Virus record (IMG/VR): IMGVR_UViG_3300029858_000005
Source: a virus
Strand: one strand, 5' to 3'
DNA: 64,000 nt
The notes beneath the pieces are model-generated. The model saw only the letters and a list, made by a program, of their open reading frames with translations. It made no database searches and was not told the DNA's origin. The translations under genes and the position numbers were made by a program. Of this stretch, positions 28,208 through 37,340 are shown piece after piece (position 1 is the first letter of the stretch; the number at the start of each line of letters is the position of its first letter).

Positions 28208-29895
28208 CAAATTTCAGAAAGATTCTCGTAAAGAAGCCTTTCTTTGAACTCACGCCAAAGGGGTACATGACCCACGATGGCTATTGCAGGAACGAGGTGT
28301 CCGATAATGAAGACCCTCAGATGCCGCAAGATACATTGTACAGAGTGATTAAGACTCAGAAGGACTTCCTTCGTGAGTTCTATCCTACGTCCCACAAAAT
28401 CTTCGACAAGGATCTCTACCCTGACATCTGGAGAAAGAACCCGGAAGACGGGAAATGGTATGTCCAGGAGATTCAAAGAACGGCATTTGCTTTCCAGCAA
28501 GTTATTCATACGAAGCACGTTCTCCACATGACAGGTAACGATATTCAGTTTGAGCTTGCCGGTGATCCTGAGATGAAGAAACAGGAAGAGTATATTAATC
28601 TTCTTGCCAAGTTTAAGAAGGGATGGTATATGCACGATATGGAGATTCGCCACTATGAGGCTGTAAGTTCGTACATGAAGGTTGCTGAGGCTGCTGTAGT
28701 CGGATTCTTCGATAAAAACAAGAAATTCGGTACTCGCACATTGGCTTTCGATAGAGGAGACACATTGTATCCTCAGTTCGACCCTCTTACTGGTGAACTC
28801 GTTGTGTTTGCTCGCAAGTATTACGACTTCGATGAGGAAGGCAATGAAAAGATTGAATGGGTAGAGGTGTGGGATGACAAGACATTCTACCGCTTCAAGA
28901 AGCAAGTTAACGAAGGCAAGGTCAAGGAGACTATCAAGAGAATTGCCAAGATATTCGGAATCGACGACTACACTTGCGTTGAAGAGAAAGCTCACGGCTT
29001 CCCATTTATCCCTGTTGCATACGTAAGAAACGATGACGGCCCATGCTGGTCTGTTGTGCAGAAGAACATCGAGGACTACGAGGAAGCTTTCTCTTATCTC
29101 TGCGAGAACAACAAGGCTTACGCCTTCCCTATAATGAAGTTGAAGGGCGATGGTGACGACATTACCGTTGTTGGAGATACAGACGGATCGGCTAAGATGA
29201 TTCAGATTACCGATACGAATGGTGATGCTGACTTCATTAACGGAACAGACGCTTCCGATGCATTTGCGACACAGCTCAACAAGTCGTATGACCTCATCTA
29301 TGAGCTTTCGTTCACAGTAAAGCCACCGGAGCTGAAGTCGGGTGACCTTCCGGGCGTTGCCATCAAGCTGCTCTATTCTCCTGCTATCGAGGTTGCAGAG
29401 AACGATGCCAAGAAGATGCATCCGTTCCTGGATCAACTTGTTCGTATCTCAAAGTATGGTATCGGAGTTGAAGAAAACTGCATGGCCACTATGACCGGTC
29501 TTCCTATTCACGCTTGGGTGGAAATCTATGTGCATCAGAATAAATCTGAAATAATAACAAACTTAGCGACAGCTGTTCAGAACAACTTCCTCTCAAAGCA
29601 GACTGCATCTGAGCGTTGTCCAGACTTCCCAGTTAACGATGAATACGACCGTATCATGCGCGAGAAGAAGGAAGAGGATCAGCAGGACCTACTCATGGAT
29701 ATTCAGCGTGCGGATAACGAAACTCAAAATGCAATCGAGGAGCAGAAAGCTACTGCGAATATTCAGAATGGAGGTAGTGGAAACGTACGTACGGGTCGCG
29801 GAGCTGGACGCCCAAATAAGTCAGGAACCAAATGGGACGAGAATCGGAACGCCCCGAATGAGAACAACTGGCAGCACTACAATCAAACCCATTAA
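28189..29895 (+). CDS. portal protein
   Basis: 568-aa ORF overlapping the terminase stop. It is followed by a MuF-like gene. Acidic/polar C-terminal tail. Confidence 0.75.
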   Translation: MDAIKVTNFRKILVKKPFFELTPKGYMTHDGYCRNEVSDNEDPQMPQDTLYRVIKTQKDFLREFYPTSHKIFDKDLYPDIWRKNPEDGKWYVQEIQRTAFAFQQVIHTKHVLHMTGNDIQFELAGDPEMKKQEEYINLLAKFKKGWYMHDMEIRHYEAVSSYMKVAEAAVVGFFDKNKKFGTRTLAFDRGDTLYPQFDPLTGELVVFARKYYDFDEEGNEKIEWVEVWDDKTFYRFKKQVNEGKVKETIKRIAKIFGIDDYTCVEEKAHGFPFIPVAYVRNDDGPCWSVVQKNIEDYEEAFSYLCENNKAYAFPIMKLKGDGDDITVVGDTDGSAKMIQITDTNGDADFINGTDASDAFATQLNKSYDLIYELSFTVKPPELKSGDLPGVAIKLLYSPAIEVAENDAKKMHPFLDQLVRISKYGIGVEENCMATMTGLPIHAWVEIYVHQNKSEIITNLATAVQNNFLSKQTASERCPDFPVNDEYDRIMREKKEEDQQDLLMDIQRADNETQNAIEEQKATANIQNGGSGNVRTGRGAGRPNKSGTKWDENRNAPNENNWQHYNQTH

Positions 29896-29901
29896 TAGCC
29901 T

Positions 29902-30678
29902 ATGGATGAATTAAAACGTTCTGTCGATTACAGCAGGAAGCGCTTGCAGGCAATCCGAAACTGCGAGGGCCATGTTGCTGATATCCTCTGGAAAACGACG
30001 CAGAAGGTAATTACCGCAAGTAAGCGATACAGAGGCGCGGGCAGGCTCACAAACGAGTCAGCCCTGCTCTCTTACGCCAAGAATGTTACTGCTGAGGCCG
30101 AGGAGAGCATCAATACCTATATCTCTGCTTACTCCAAGGCTTCATGCAAGATTCTCGGGATTGACAGCGAGAACATCGAATCGTTTCTCGTCAGCGACAT
30201 CTACGGAAAGACGACATCTGAAAGAAACGCTGTCTATCTCGGAAACTTTGCTGAAGATATTGTAAGGATGATCAAGGCAGGAACCTTGATGGAATATTCA
30301 GACCAGCAGCTCCTGTCTTCCATCCGCACAGGCTATAAAGACCCATATCACACATCAGTCATCACCAAGGCGAAGAGAAAGGATATTAACATCGATGTTC
30401 CTTCTTACGGAAAGGGCTACTACAAGAACGCCTATCAGAATATCGTAAGAAATGCTTCTCAAGTGATTGCTTTGGCGTGGGGACAGGCAGAGCAGGAGTA
30501 TGGACAGGAGAATAAGGCTATCGGATTCTATGTCAAGAGAGGAAGCAGTTATCCTTGTGATATCTGTCAAAGCGAAGCCGATGCCGGCCTCCATTCTTTC
30601 AAAGACCCATATCCGCCATTTCACGTTTCGTGTTGTTGCTACACAGTATTTGCATTCAAGGATAATAAAAAGAAATAA
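29902..30678 (+). CDS. head morphogenesis protein (SPP1 gp7 / Mu F family)
   Basis: C-terminal motif CDIC...PYPPFHVSCCC matches the conserved PP.H..CRC signature. The position after the portal gene also fits. Confidence 0.75.
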   Translation: MDELKRSVDYSRKRLQAIRNCEGHVADILWKTTQKVITASKRYRGAGRLTNESALLSYAKNVTAEAEESINTYISAYSKASCKILGIDSENIESFLVSDIYGKTTSERNAVYLGNFAEDIVRMIKAGTLMEYSDQQLLSSIRTGYKDPYHTSVITKAKRKDINIDVPSYGKGYYKNAYQNIVRNASQVIALAWGQAEQEYGQENKAIGFYVKRGSSYPCDICQSEADAGLHSFKDPYPPFHVSCCCYTVFAFKDNKKK

Positions 30679-30682
30679 GATT

Positions 30683-31231
30683 ATGATTGAAGAAACAAAA
30701 GGATACACGTTATCCGTCGATACGTACAAGAAGGCGAAGGCTCTCAAGATGAAAGACCCTCGCTATTACATCTACGCCAGCCTCCGTGGTTCAGGTATGT
30801 CTGTTCGTGACAGCTGGGCCATCGCATTCCAAGGAGAAGGAATAGGTGTGTGGGAGAAATCTTTCCTCGAAAACGAGATGAATAAGCTAGAAGCCAAGGA
30901 GTCCGTTCAGAAGAGAATCGCAGAGGTACAGGGCAAGAAAGCGAAGAACGAGAACGCCGATGAGCTCACCCAGGAGGAACTTATTAAGGCTACCTCGAAG
31001 GAAGAGATTCTGAGAAACCTCGTTATCGCTCAGCGCAAGCAGAAGTTTGGCTCTCCAGAGTGGCAAAAGACGACTGCCATGATAGCCGACTACTCTAAGA
31101 TTAAGCAGGACGAAATTGATACAGAAAATAATGTGGTCCACTACTATATTCCTCTATCAATGCCTCGATGCTGCGAGGACTGCATTATCTTTAAAAATGG
31201 TCAGGCGACTTTCCAAAAGAAGAAGAAATAG
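30683..31231 (+). CDS. possible terminase small subunit / DNA-binding packaging protein
   Basis: 182 aa from the ATG at 30683; the track ORF starts upstream inside the MuF gene. N-terminal HTH-like segment, central coiled-coil, C-terminal Cys pair. Assignment is weak. Confidence 0.35.
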   Translation: MIEETKGYTLSVDTYKKAKALKMKDPRYYIYASLRGSGMSVRDSWAIAFQGEGIGVWEKSFLENEMNKLEAKESVQKRIAEVQGKKAKNENADELTQEELIKATSKEEILRNLVIAQRKQKFGSPEWQKTTAMIADYSKIKQDEIDTENNVVHYYIPLSMPRCCEDCIIFKNGQATFQKKKK

Positions 31232-31364
31232 TTAAATTCGTGTTAAAGTAACTTTGTTTTACTAGAAATTCAGCAAAACCAAGTACCTTTGCAAATAATT
31301 AATGTTCACAGATTCTTTCTGCTGAGCATAATTCAAATTATTTTGGTTAACTAAGAGGGGCAGT

Positions 31365-31403
31365 GTCTTCACAGATACTGCCCCTCGCTTTTTAAAACAA
31401 ATA
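31365..31403 (+). terminator. rho-independent terminator of the packaging operon
   Basis: gaggggcagt...actgcccctc forms a 10-bp stem, followed by gcttttt. Confidence 0.7.
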
Positions 31404-31431
31404 TATAAGTAGAAGAAAACTTTGAAGTCAA

Positions 31432-31620
31432 TTAAGGATACTTCTCTCCGGTAACCAACTCAAGTATACCCTTAAGCCTATCATTAAGAAGGTCGTCATT
31501 GAATACAGGAAGAACACCGTATGGAGGCAGTTTCTTAGTCTCTGCGGCCTCCAAAATGAACTGGAGCGCCTGTACTAAGGAAGTGTGGTCTTGAACGACC
31601 TCAAGCAATTTATCGCTCAT
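31432..31620 (-). CDS. hypothetical small protein (62 aa)
   Basis: The Met at 31620 overlaps the upstream stop (ATGAGCGATAA). The longer track ORF is out of frame with its neighbour. Confidence 0.5.
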   Translation of the reverse strand: MSDKLLEVVQDHTSLVQALQFILEAAETKKLPPYGVLPVFNDDLLNDRLKGILELVTGEKYP

Positions 31621-32164
31621 CCTTGCCTCCTTCCTTCTTAATCTGCTCTGCCATTTCAAGAAGAGTCTCGGCGTGCTTATCGCGGTCGATAACTTCCTGT
31701 ACGGCCTCATCGCTCTCCTTGCGAAGCTGCTCTTCAGTCTTACCATCGTCGGCAGCAGCGTTTCTTCTTGCAGCCTCACGAGCAATGTATTCGTCACGGA
31801 GTTTCAACTTACCTGCCGTGTATTCTGCATCGCCAGGCAACGATGTATCCGCATACATAAGCTGGGCAAATGCCTCGATGATGTTTCCATTATCCTTGGA
31901 GAACTCATAATGGTCTCCTACAGCCATAGGAACACATTCATCGAGCGCAGCGTACATTGATGTACCGATAGAGTATTCAATACCCCATGTACCGGCAATG
32001 TCAGCAATCTTGATGAAAGGCAGCGAGCCTCTCTGTAAATGCTTCTTGATATCAGCAGGGATATCCTCTCTGAGTGAAGCAACTTCTTTCTTAGACAAGC
32101 TCTTACTGAACTTCAGCACGGTGAAGTGTCTTGTCTTGATAGTCTTTCCAAATGGTAATGCCAT
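31610..32164 (-). CDS. hypothetical protein
   Basis: 184-aa ORF with an acidic C-terminal tail. Confidence 0.6.
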   Translation of the reverse strand: MALPFGKTIKTRHFTVLKFSKSLSKKEVASLREDIPADIKKHLQRGSLPFIKIADIAGTWGIEYSIGTSMYAALDECVPMAVGDHYEFSKDNGNIIEAFAQLMYADTSLPGDAEYTAGKLKLRDEYIAREAARRNAAADDGKTEEQLRKESDEAVQEVIDRDKHAETLLEMAEQIKKEGGKDER

Positions 32165-32176
32165 GATAACAATATT

Positions 32177-32320
32177 TTAAAGTTCAACTTTTATTTCCTT
32201 ATACTCGAAATCTGTGCAAGATGGATTCTCCTCAGAAGTAAACCTAATCTCATTAGGGTGGTTACAAGCTCCATTCTTGAAGAAGAAGCAATCCTTGCAA
32301 GTGTAATCAGTCTGTTCCAT
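32177..32320 (-). CDS. small Cys-rich protein (47 aa)
   Basis: Hand translation gives MEQTDYTCKDCFFFKNGACNHPNEIRFTSEENPSCTDFEYKEIKVEL. It fills an otherwise empty gap and overlaps the upstream stop. Too short for the ORF track. Confidence 0.4.
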   Translation of the reverse strand: MEQTDYTCKDCFFFKNGACNHPNEIRFTSEENPSCTDFEYKEIKVEL

Positions 32321-32933
32321 GTTCCTTACGTTTTTGATATTCCATCAATGTCAAGATACAATAGTTAGCGCAGTCAAGAAGAGCATCTTCCAATGGTTCA
32401 TTAGCAACTTGCGCCTCATTGTCCTTCAGCGTCTTGATGCGATTCACCTTCTCTCGTATCTTTCCGTAGCCGTAGTTGATACCAAGCTCATCATACATTT
32501 CGGAAAAAGCATTCCCATAATCGTGATTCTTGCGCTTGTAGGTATCGCTCATCTTGTCGGTGATATCCTTGAAGCGGTCAGCATCGGTTCTTTCGTTTTG
32601 TTTCCCCTTAAGCGGCAACTTGCTCCAATCAAGATTATCGCCGATGATACAATCCTTCCATTCATCCATCAGCTTTTCTGCATATTCGGGATATAAACCA
32701 TTCTTCTGCAAAATATCTAAATCTACGCGTACATTAGTAATGTCGCGAACGCCACAATAAACACGGTCATCTTTAACAGACTTTACACGAAAAACATCTG
32801 TAGGTCTAATCAGTGACATGCAGCATCCTTTCCTTGTATTGACATAATAGAGAAATCCTCCTCTGGTGCGTTCTATACTCTCGCACGGAAGTAAAAACTC
32901 CAGCCCAACCTTAATATCTTCTTTCTTAATCAT
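32307..32933 (-). CDS. protein with C-terminal DUF1599/MazG-like helical domain (nucleotide metabolism candidate)
   Basis: KNHDYGNAF...YGKIREKVNRIKTL...LEDALLDCANYCIL resembles the DUF1599 / all-alpha NTP-pyrophosphohydrolase pattern, recalled from memory. Confidence 0.4.
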   Translation of the reverse strand: MIKKEDIKVGLEFLLPCESIERTRGGFLYYVNTRKGCCMSLIRPTDVFRVKSVKDDRVYCGVRDITNVRVDLDILQKNGLYPEYAEKLMDEWKDCIIGDNLDWSKLPLKGKQNERTDADRFKDITDKMSDTYKRKNHDYGNAFSEMYDELGINYGYGKIREKVNRIKTLKDNEAQVANEPLEDALLDCANYCILTLMEYQKRKEHGTD

Positions 32934-32936
32934 AAG

Positions 32937-33338
32937 CTATTTCTCCTTATCTTTTAGTTCAACGAAATCTCCAATACCCAAACGAGCCTTGTTGATGCAA
33001 GACGCAATCCAACCAATCAGATAGGCAGAAGGCTCGCCGCCGTGTTCCATGCCAATAGCATCTTCGATGGCCTCGCAGGCATGAGAAACCTCGTGGCAAC
33101 AAACTCCCATTCTCATAGAATCCTTGCTTGCAAAATTAATAATAAATGAACAAAGCTTCTTATTCGACTTTTCCCTAACTTCATCGTAGGTTGTTGCGTT
33201 AGAATTAGAGAAATCAACCTTCAAAACCTCGCCATTTCTACCTTCGAAACACTTATTAGCGTCTTCTTGGCTCATGCCAATAGCGACACATAGCATTCTT
33301 GGATAGATAACAGGGTCGTATTCGTAATATCCTTTCAT
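32937..33338 (-). CDS. putative zinc metallopeptidase-like protein (HExxH)
   Basis: 133-aa ORF containing HEVSH. Confidence 0.4.
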   Translation of the reverse strand: MKGYYEYDPVIYPRMLCVAIGMSQEDANKCFEGRNGEVLKVDFSNSNATTYDEVREKSNKKLCSFIINFASKDSMRMGVCCHEVSHACEAIEDAIGMEHGGEPSAYLIGWIASCINKARLGIGDFVELKDKEK

Positions 33339-33346
33339 ATTCTCAA

Positions 33347-33841
33347 CTATTTCTGTTTTGATACAATCTCGATAGCAGACAATAATGTCTTCTCGCTGAT
33401 ACCTTTTCCACTACCAACACCATCTTTCTCTATTCTTTCAAGAGATTTCTCAATAGAGCAAAAATCATCCTGAGAATTACTTATAAAGCCATCAAGTTCT
33501 TCACTTACACTACTGATACAATCGTTGTTTTTTTTAACAATAGCTTCAAGACGGCCGAAACACTTGTCGATATAATCCTTCAACCTTTCTTCATGCTCTA
33601 TGATAGTTGCAGAGTTTGAGATTTTCCCATGCACCCAGTAATTATTTACGCATGCGTAATAATCACCTTTTTCATCGCTGTGTTTTTTGCCAGATACGAC
33701 TCTTAACTCAACGAAATTTTCTCCATCCATTACCGCATACACTCCTTCTCCAAATGGATATAGTTCGGCTTTTTCTGCATCCTCCCTACTTTCTCTTTCT
33801 TTGTATGCGACCTTTCCTAAAACGCTAACTCTAATTTCCAT
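33347..33841 (-). CDS. hypothetical protein
   Basis: 164-aa ORF. Confidence 0.55.
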   Translation of the reverse strand: MEIRVSVLGKVAYKERESREDAEKAELYPFGEGVYAVMDGENFVELRVVSGKKHSDEKGDYYACVNNYWVHGKISNSATIIEHEERLKDYIDKCFGRLEAIVKKNNDCISSVSEELDGFISNSQDDFCSIEKSLERIEKDGVGSGKGISEKTLLSAIEIVSKQK

Positions 33842-33848
33842 ATCTCAA

Positions 33849-34076
33849 CTATTTATTATGTAATCTACCAATATGCCACTTTGAGCAAACCTTACATAAG
33901 TAAGGATGCCAGCCGAGTGCCTTCAACCTCGGAATCTGATTCAGAAACTCCCAAGCATCATCCTCAGTCTCGTATGCAACCTTCGCCTTCCATGAATGAA
34001 CCTTTCTTGTCCAATGCTCTGGGTCCGGCTTGAACGGCGGCACTTTATTAGGATTGTGATGTCTTCTCATAGGCAC
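33849..34076 (-). CDS. hypothetical small protein
   Basis: 75-aa ORF with C..C...H near the C-terminus. Confidence 0.5.
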   Translation of the reverse strand: MPMRRHHNPNKVPPFKPDPEHWTRKVHSWKAKVAYETEDDAWEFLNQIPRLKALGWHPYLCKVCSKWHIGRLHNK

Positions 34077-34273
34077 TTGAATGAAACACTGTTCAACGTT
34101 CTGTTCACCGCAATCTCCCTCTCGTTACACATGGTCCTCATGCACTCCAGGGCATCATCGCGGACAGCAATCATAATCTCCTGCATCGAAGCGGTGGCCG
34201 GAACAATATTCCCATCAGCCTTCTTCTTCGTGATACGGGATATAATCTCCTTGATATATTCCTTGTCTATCAT
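34067..34273 (-). CDS. hypothetical small protein
   Basis: 68-aa ORF, translationally coupled to its neighbours. Confidence 0.5.
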   Translation of the reverse strand: MIDKEYIKEIISRITKKKADGNIVPATASMQEIMIAVRDDALECMRTMCNEREIAVNRTLNSVSFKCL

Positions 34274-34293
34274 AGAAATCTGTTTTATAACCG

Positions 34294-35856
34294 TTAATCA
34301 TCAGGCTGAATGAAGCTCTCAGGCTGCTTGATGTCCTCCTCACCACGCAATTTATTCTTCACGTCATTAATGAGAACTTCCTGCTTCAGGTCAACCATCT
34401 GCGCACCGTACACCAGATACGTCATTCCGCCCTGTGACCTCTTCTTGAAGAAGCCGTACTTGTCGCTCATATCACGCCCGAACTTCTGAATCGTAGGGAT
34501 ATCCTTCTCCTCGACATCGTTGGCCTTGCAGAACTCGACGAATCTCTCGTACATCTCCTTGGCAAGCATGCACTCCGAAATCTCGCCTCTCGCCTCCTGG
34601 CTGCACCTCATATCATACGCCCTTATCCAGGCATAGATAGGATTGCTTCCTAGAAGAGAGATGAGTAACTGCCTCCTGCTGCCCTCAGCTGCCGGGAACC
34701 TGTACTTCCTGCTTCTCAGCTCCATCGCGCCACGGAATATCCAGTTGAACACTCCGCTCAGCTCTTCACGGATGATCTTGCTCGCAAGCTCCGGGTCCTG
34801 CCTCTCCTTAGGAATGGTAACATCGAAGCTCACGTACTGCAAGCGTCTGATGAATCCGAGCGACGCATCGTCCGGGAACGGAAGCTCATTGAGGTTGAAG
34901 ATGAGGTAGGGGATTGAGTTCCCCTCAAGGATATCCCTTCCAAGCTTCCTCATAGGGACGGGCTCACCGCTCACGAGTCTCTTAAACATACCGGTGTTCT
35001 TCCTTCCGAACTTCTTCGGGTCAGAATCGGAAGACCAGTTGAAGATGGCGTTCCTGATAGGATACCTTCCCCTCATTCCCTCGTCGCCGTCAGCAGTGAG
35101 GTCGGCGTAGTCCATCTTGCTTATCCTGTCCTTGCCGAATATGTTGCAGGCAACGTCGAAGATGACACTCTTTCCGTTGGCTCCCGTACCTATAAGGAGA
35201 AGACAGAGCTCAATCTTCGATGATTCCTTCCCCTCGTACGGATTGTATGCAGTACCTCTCTGTATGAGACCGAGACCGAGGAACATCTGGAGGATCATCC
35301 TCGACGTCCTGTCTGGGAGGACCTCCTTGATGAAGTTCATCCACCTGTCGCACTTCGCCTTCGGATTGTAGTCGTATGGGTGGTAGTATGTGACATGGTA
35401 CTCGGGAGAGAACGGCATCACGTTCGGATACTTCAGACCGCTGCCGAAGTCAACAACTCCGTTTGCGAATGCAACGATGTCGAAGGTAGGTCTCAGTATG
35501 TTGTAGCACTCTATCACCTCCATGAATGACTTGTTCATCACCGTACTGATGCCGAGCATCGGAGCCATGGCCAGGTCGAGGAGCAGAAGCTGGTAAGCCT
35601 GTTCCAAAACTATCTTCGGAACAGCTTCGTATATCTTGCCGTTGAACATGTAGTAAGCACCGTTGTAGTACTTCACCGGAGCCTTCTTCGCCAGACGTCT
35701 CATTGACCTGATGAAAGTAGACTTCAGCTTGTTGTACTTATCAGAGTTTGCCTTACCCCAGTCCTGGCAACGGAGCGCTTCGAAGCCGTACTCGTCATGC
35801 CTCAAAAGGTCTAGCAACTGAGCGTGCAATGTGTCTATAGCAATACCATTTTCCAT
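34294..35856 (-). CDS. D5/P4-family primase-helicase (SF3 helicase)
   Basis: 520 aa. Walker A is LLIGTGANGKSV, with the surrounding D5_N / P4 C-terminal-type architecture. It is the first gene leftward from the control region. Confidence 0.75.
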   Translation of the reverse strand: MENGIAIDTLHAQLLDLLRHDEYGFEALRCQDWGKANSDKYNKLKSTFIRSMRRLAKKAPVKYYNGAYYMFNGKIYEAVPKIVLEQAYQLLLLDLAMAPMLGISTVMNKSFMEVIECYNILRPTFDIVAFANGVVDFGSGLKYPNVMPFSPEYHVTYYHPYDYNPKAKCDRWMNFIKEVLPDRTSRMILQMFLGLGLIQRGTAYNPYEGKESSKIELCLLLIGTGANGKSVIFDVACNIFGKDRISKMDYADLTADGDEGMRGRYPIRNAIFNWSSDSDPKKFGRKNTGMFKRLVSGEPVPMRKLGRDILEGNSIPYLIFNLNELPFPDDASLGFIRRLQYVSFDVTIPKERQDPELASKIIREELSGVFNWIFRGAMELRSRKYRFPAAEGSRRQLLISLLGSNPIYAWIRAYDMRCSQEARGEISECMLAKEMYERFVEFCKANDVEEKDIPTIQKFGRDMSDKYGFFKKRSQGGMTYLVYGAQMVDLKQEVLINDVKNKLRGEEDIKQPESFIQPDD

Positions 35857-35983
35857 TTATGTACAATAATAATATTAATTTTCCGTTATTGTGTAGGATA
35901 AACCCCGATAAATAGGGGCTTTCTGAAGGATAACACGTGTCAGGTCGTCCTTATAACATGTCGTCTATAAAATATCGACAATA

Positions 35984-35991
35984 CAAAGATA
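35984..35991 (-). promoter_or_regulatory. -7 promoter motif (TATCTTTG, minus strand) for the replication operon
   Basis: Plus-strand caaagata, about 130 nt upstream of 35856. Confidence 0.45.
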
Positions 35992-36246
35992 CAGATAATA
36001 TCCTGAATATCCGGTAAAACCCTAGTAAATAAAGGGTATAAATATACATTTTAGGTATACATTAAATGAAGGATAGGTATACATTTATGGTTTGGTCTGC
36101 AAAGTAAGAGTTTATGCTATCAAATGTTAATAAATAACGGATGAATGAATATGCATAATTATCCTTTATGGTAGGAGGTAATTAAACTTTACAAAAAGGC
36201 TGAAAAATCGGAAGAAAAAATTTTTAGATGAGGTGACTACCGCGCT

Positions 36247-36561
36247 GGTTTATAGCTGCAAAGGGGGTGTGGGGGTGTTTCTTCTGAAATTATTACATTT
36301 TGTGTCGGTTTATATAGTGTAAACGGGCGTGAAACAATATTTTTGTAATTATTTTAAATTGTCGGTTTATATTTATAAAAAATTTATGTAACCCCTTAAT
36401 AACCAACACTTTATAATTTTGTTTATATTCATTTTCTTGCATACTTATTCATTATCAATAAAGCGTGGAACACAAAAACTTATTATAATACACTTGACCG
36501 AAAAAATGTTACATAATAACGTACTGGTTAAATGTTAAAATATTAACATTTAGTGTTTATA
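36247..36561. repeat. iteron-like direct repeats (G)GTTTATA x5; putative origin/operator region
   Basis: Copies at 36247, 36307, 36364, 36421 and 36555. The first four are spaced 56-60 bp apart. Two share the longer TGTCGGTTTATAT. A 9-bp inverted repeat lies at 36530-36551. Confidence 0.5.
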
Positions 36562-36708
36562 TAGTTAGATATATAGAAGTAAAACGTAATATATTAAGAC
36601 TTTGCCACAAAGTGTTAAAACCCATAACAACCTATATATCAATACGTTACAACGTCTTTAAAGGTCGATTTTTAACATAAAAAATTTGCTTTTATCAATA
36701 AATTTTCG

Positions 36709-36716
36709 TACCTTTG
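36709..36716 (+). promoter_or_regulatory. early rightward promoter (-33 TTTG at 36685-36688, -7 TACCTTTG)
   Basis: Both Bacteroidales consensus elements are present with a ~20-nt spacer, about 60 nt upstream of the ATG at 36778. Confidence 0.55.
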
Positions 36717-36777
36717 TAGTACAAAAAGAAAGAGATAGGACACTATCTTATAAGTAACATTTAAACAATTTAGGTAT

Positions 36778-37299
36778 ATGAAAGAATTATCTGTAAAAGG
36801 TGCTCAAGGTTACGAGCACGCAAGTGCTAAGGTTGCTAGTTATGTAACCGAGTGCAAAGGTAGCGCAGTATTAGCGCAGAGTTTAGAAGTGCTCAATAGT
36901 TACCGCAAAAAGTTATTGAGTGAGTGCGCCGATAGTGAAGTAGTAAGCGCAAAGAAAGAGTTAGAAGTAGCTAGGGAACGCTATAACAAACTAGCTACAA
37001 AGTATGTGCTTTCAGATGAAAGCTACTGCAATTTGCAAACCGAGTGCGTACGTAGCGCAGTTAGCGAGTTTTCACGCAAACATAAACTGCCTAATTTCTT
37101 TGCGTGGTTTGATAGCAACGGCAAAGACAAACAAACTACTATAATAGATAGTTTGCAGCGTCTTGGTTCTAAATTGTGTTCTTTGCATCAATCATTTGCA
37201 AGTGGTGCAAAGGTAGCAAGGAAGAAGAGTGAAAGCATAACAGACCTACAAAAACAGATAGCAGAATTGCAGGCAAAGTTAGCAGCAGCGCAAAAGTAA
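36778..37299 (+). CDS. hypothetical coiled-coil protein (first early gene)
   Basis: 173-aa ORF followed by a strong terminator. Confidence 0.65.
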   Translation: MKELSVKGAQGYEHASAKVASYVTECKGSAVLAQSLEVLNSYRKKLLSECADSEVVSAKKELEVARERYNKLATKYVLSDESYCNLQTECVRSAVSEFSRKHKLPNFFAWFDSNGKDKQTTIIDSLQRLGSKLCSLHQSFASGAKVARKKSESITDLQKQIAELQAKLAAAQK

Positions 37300-37310
37300 C
37301 ACAAACAAGG

Positions 37311-37340
37311 TAGCTAGAGAAATCTAGCTATCTAGTTTTT
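37311..37340 (+). terminator. rho-independent terminator (8-bp stem, GAAA loop, T-run)
   Basis: tagctaga-gaaa-tctagcta, then tctagttttt. Confidence 0.65.

Noticed and set aside
28135-29436. 433-aa ORF on the minus strand
   Set aside because: It lies entirely antisense to the well-supported portal gene. Its sequence is Leu/Ile/Val/Ser-rich, typical of the mirror frame of a real gene, and it has no plausible start context.
36264-36278. G-quadruplex in the control region
   Set aside because: Only two G5 runs (GGGGGTGTGGGGG) are present. Four runs would be needed for an intramolecular quadruplex.
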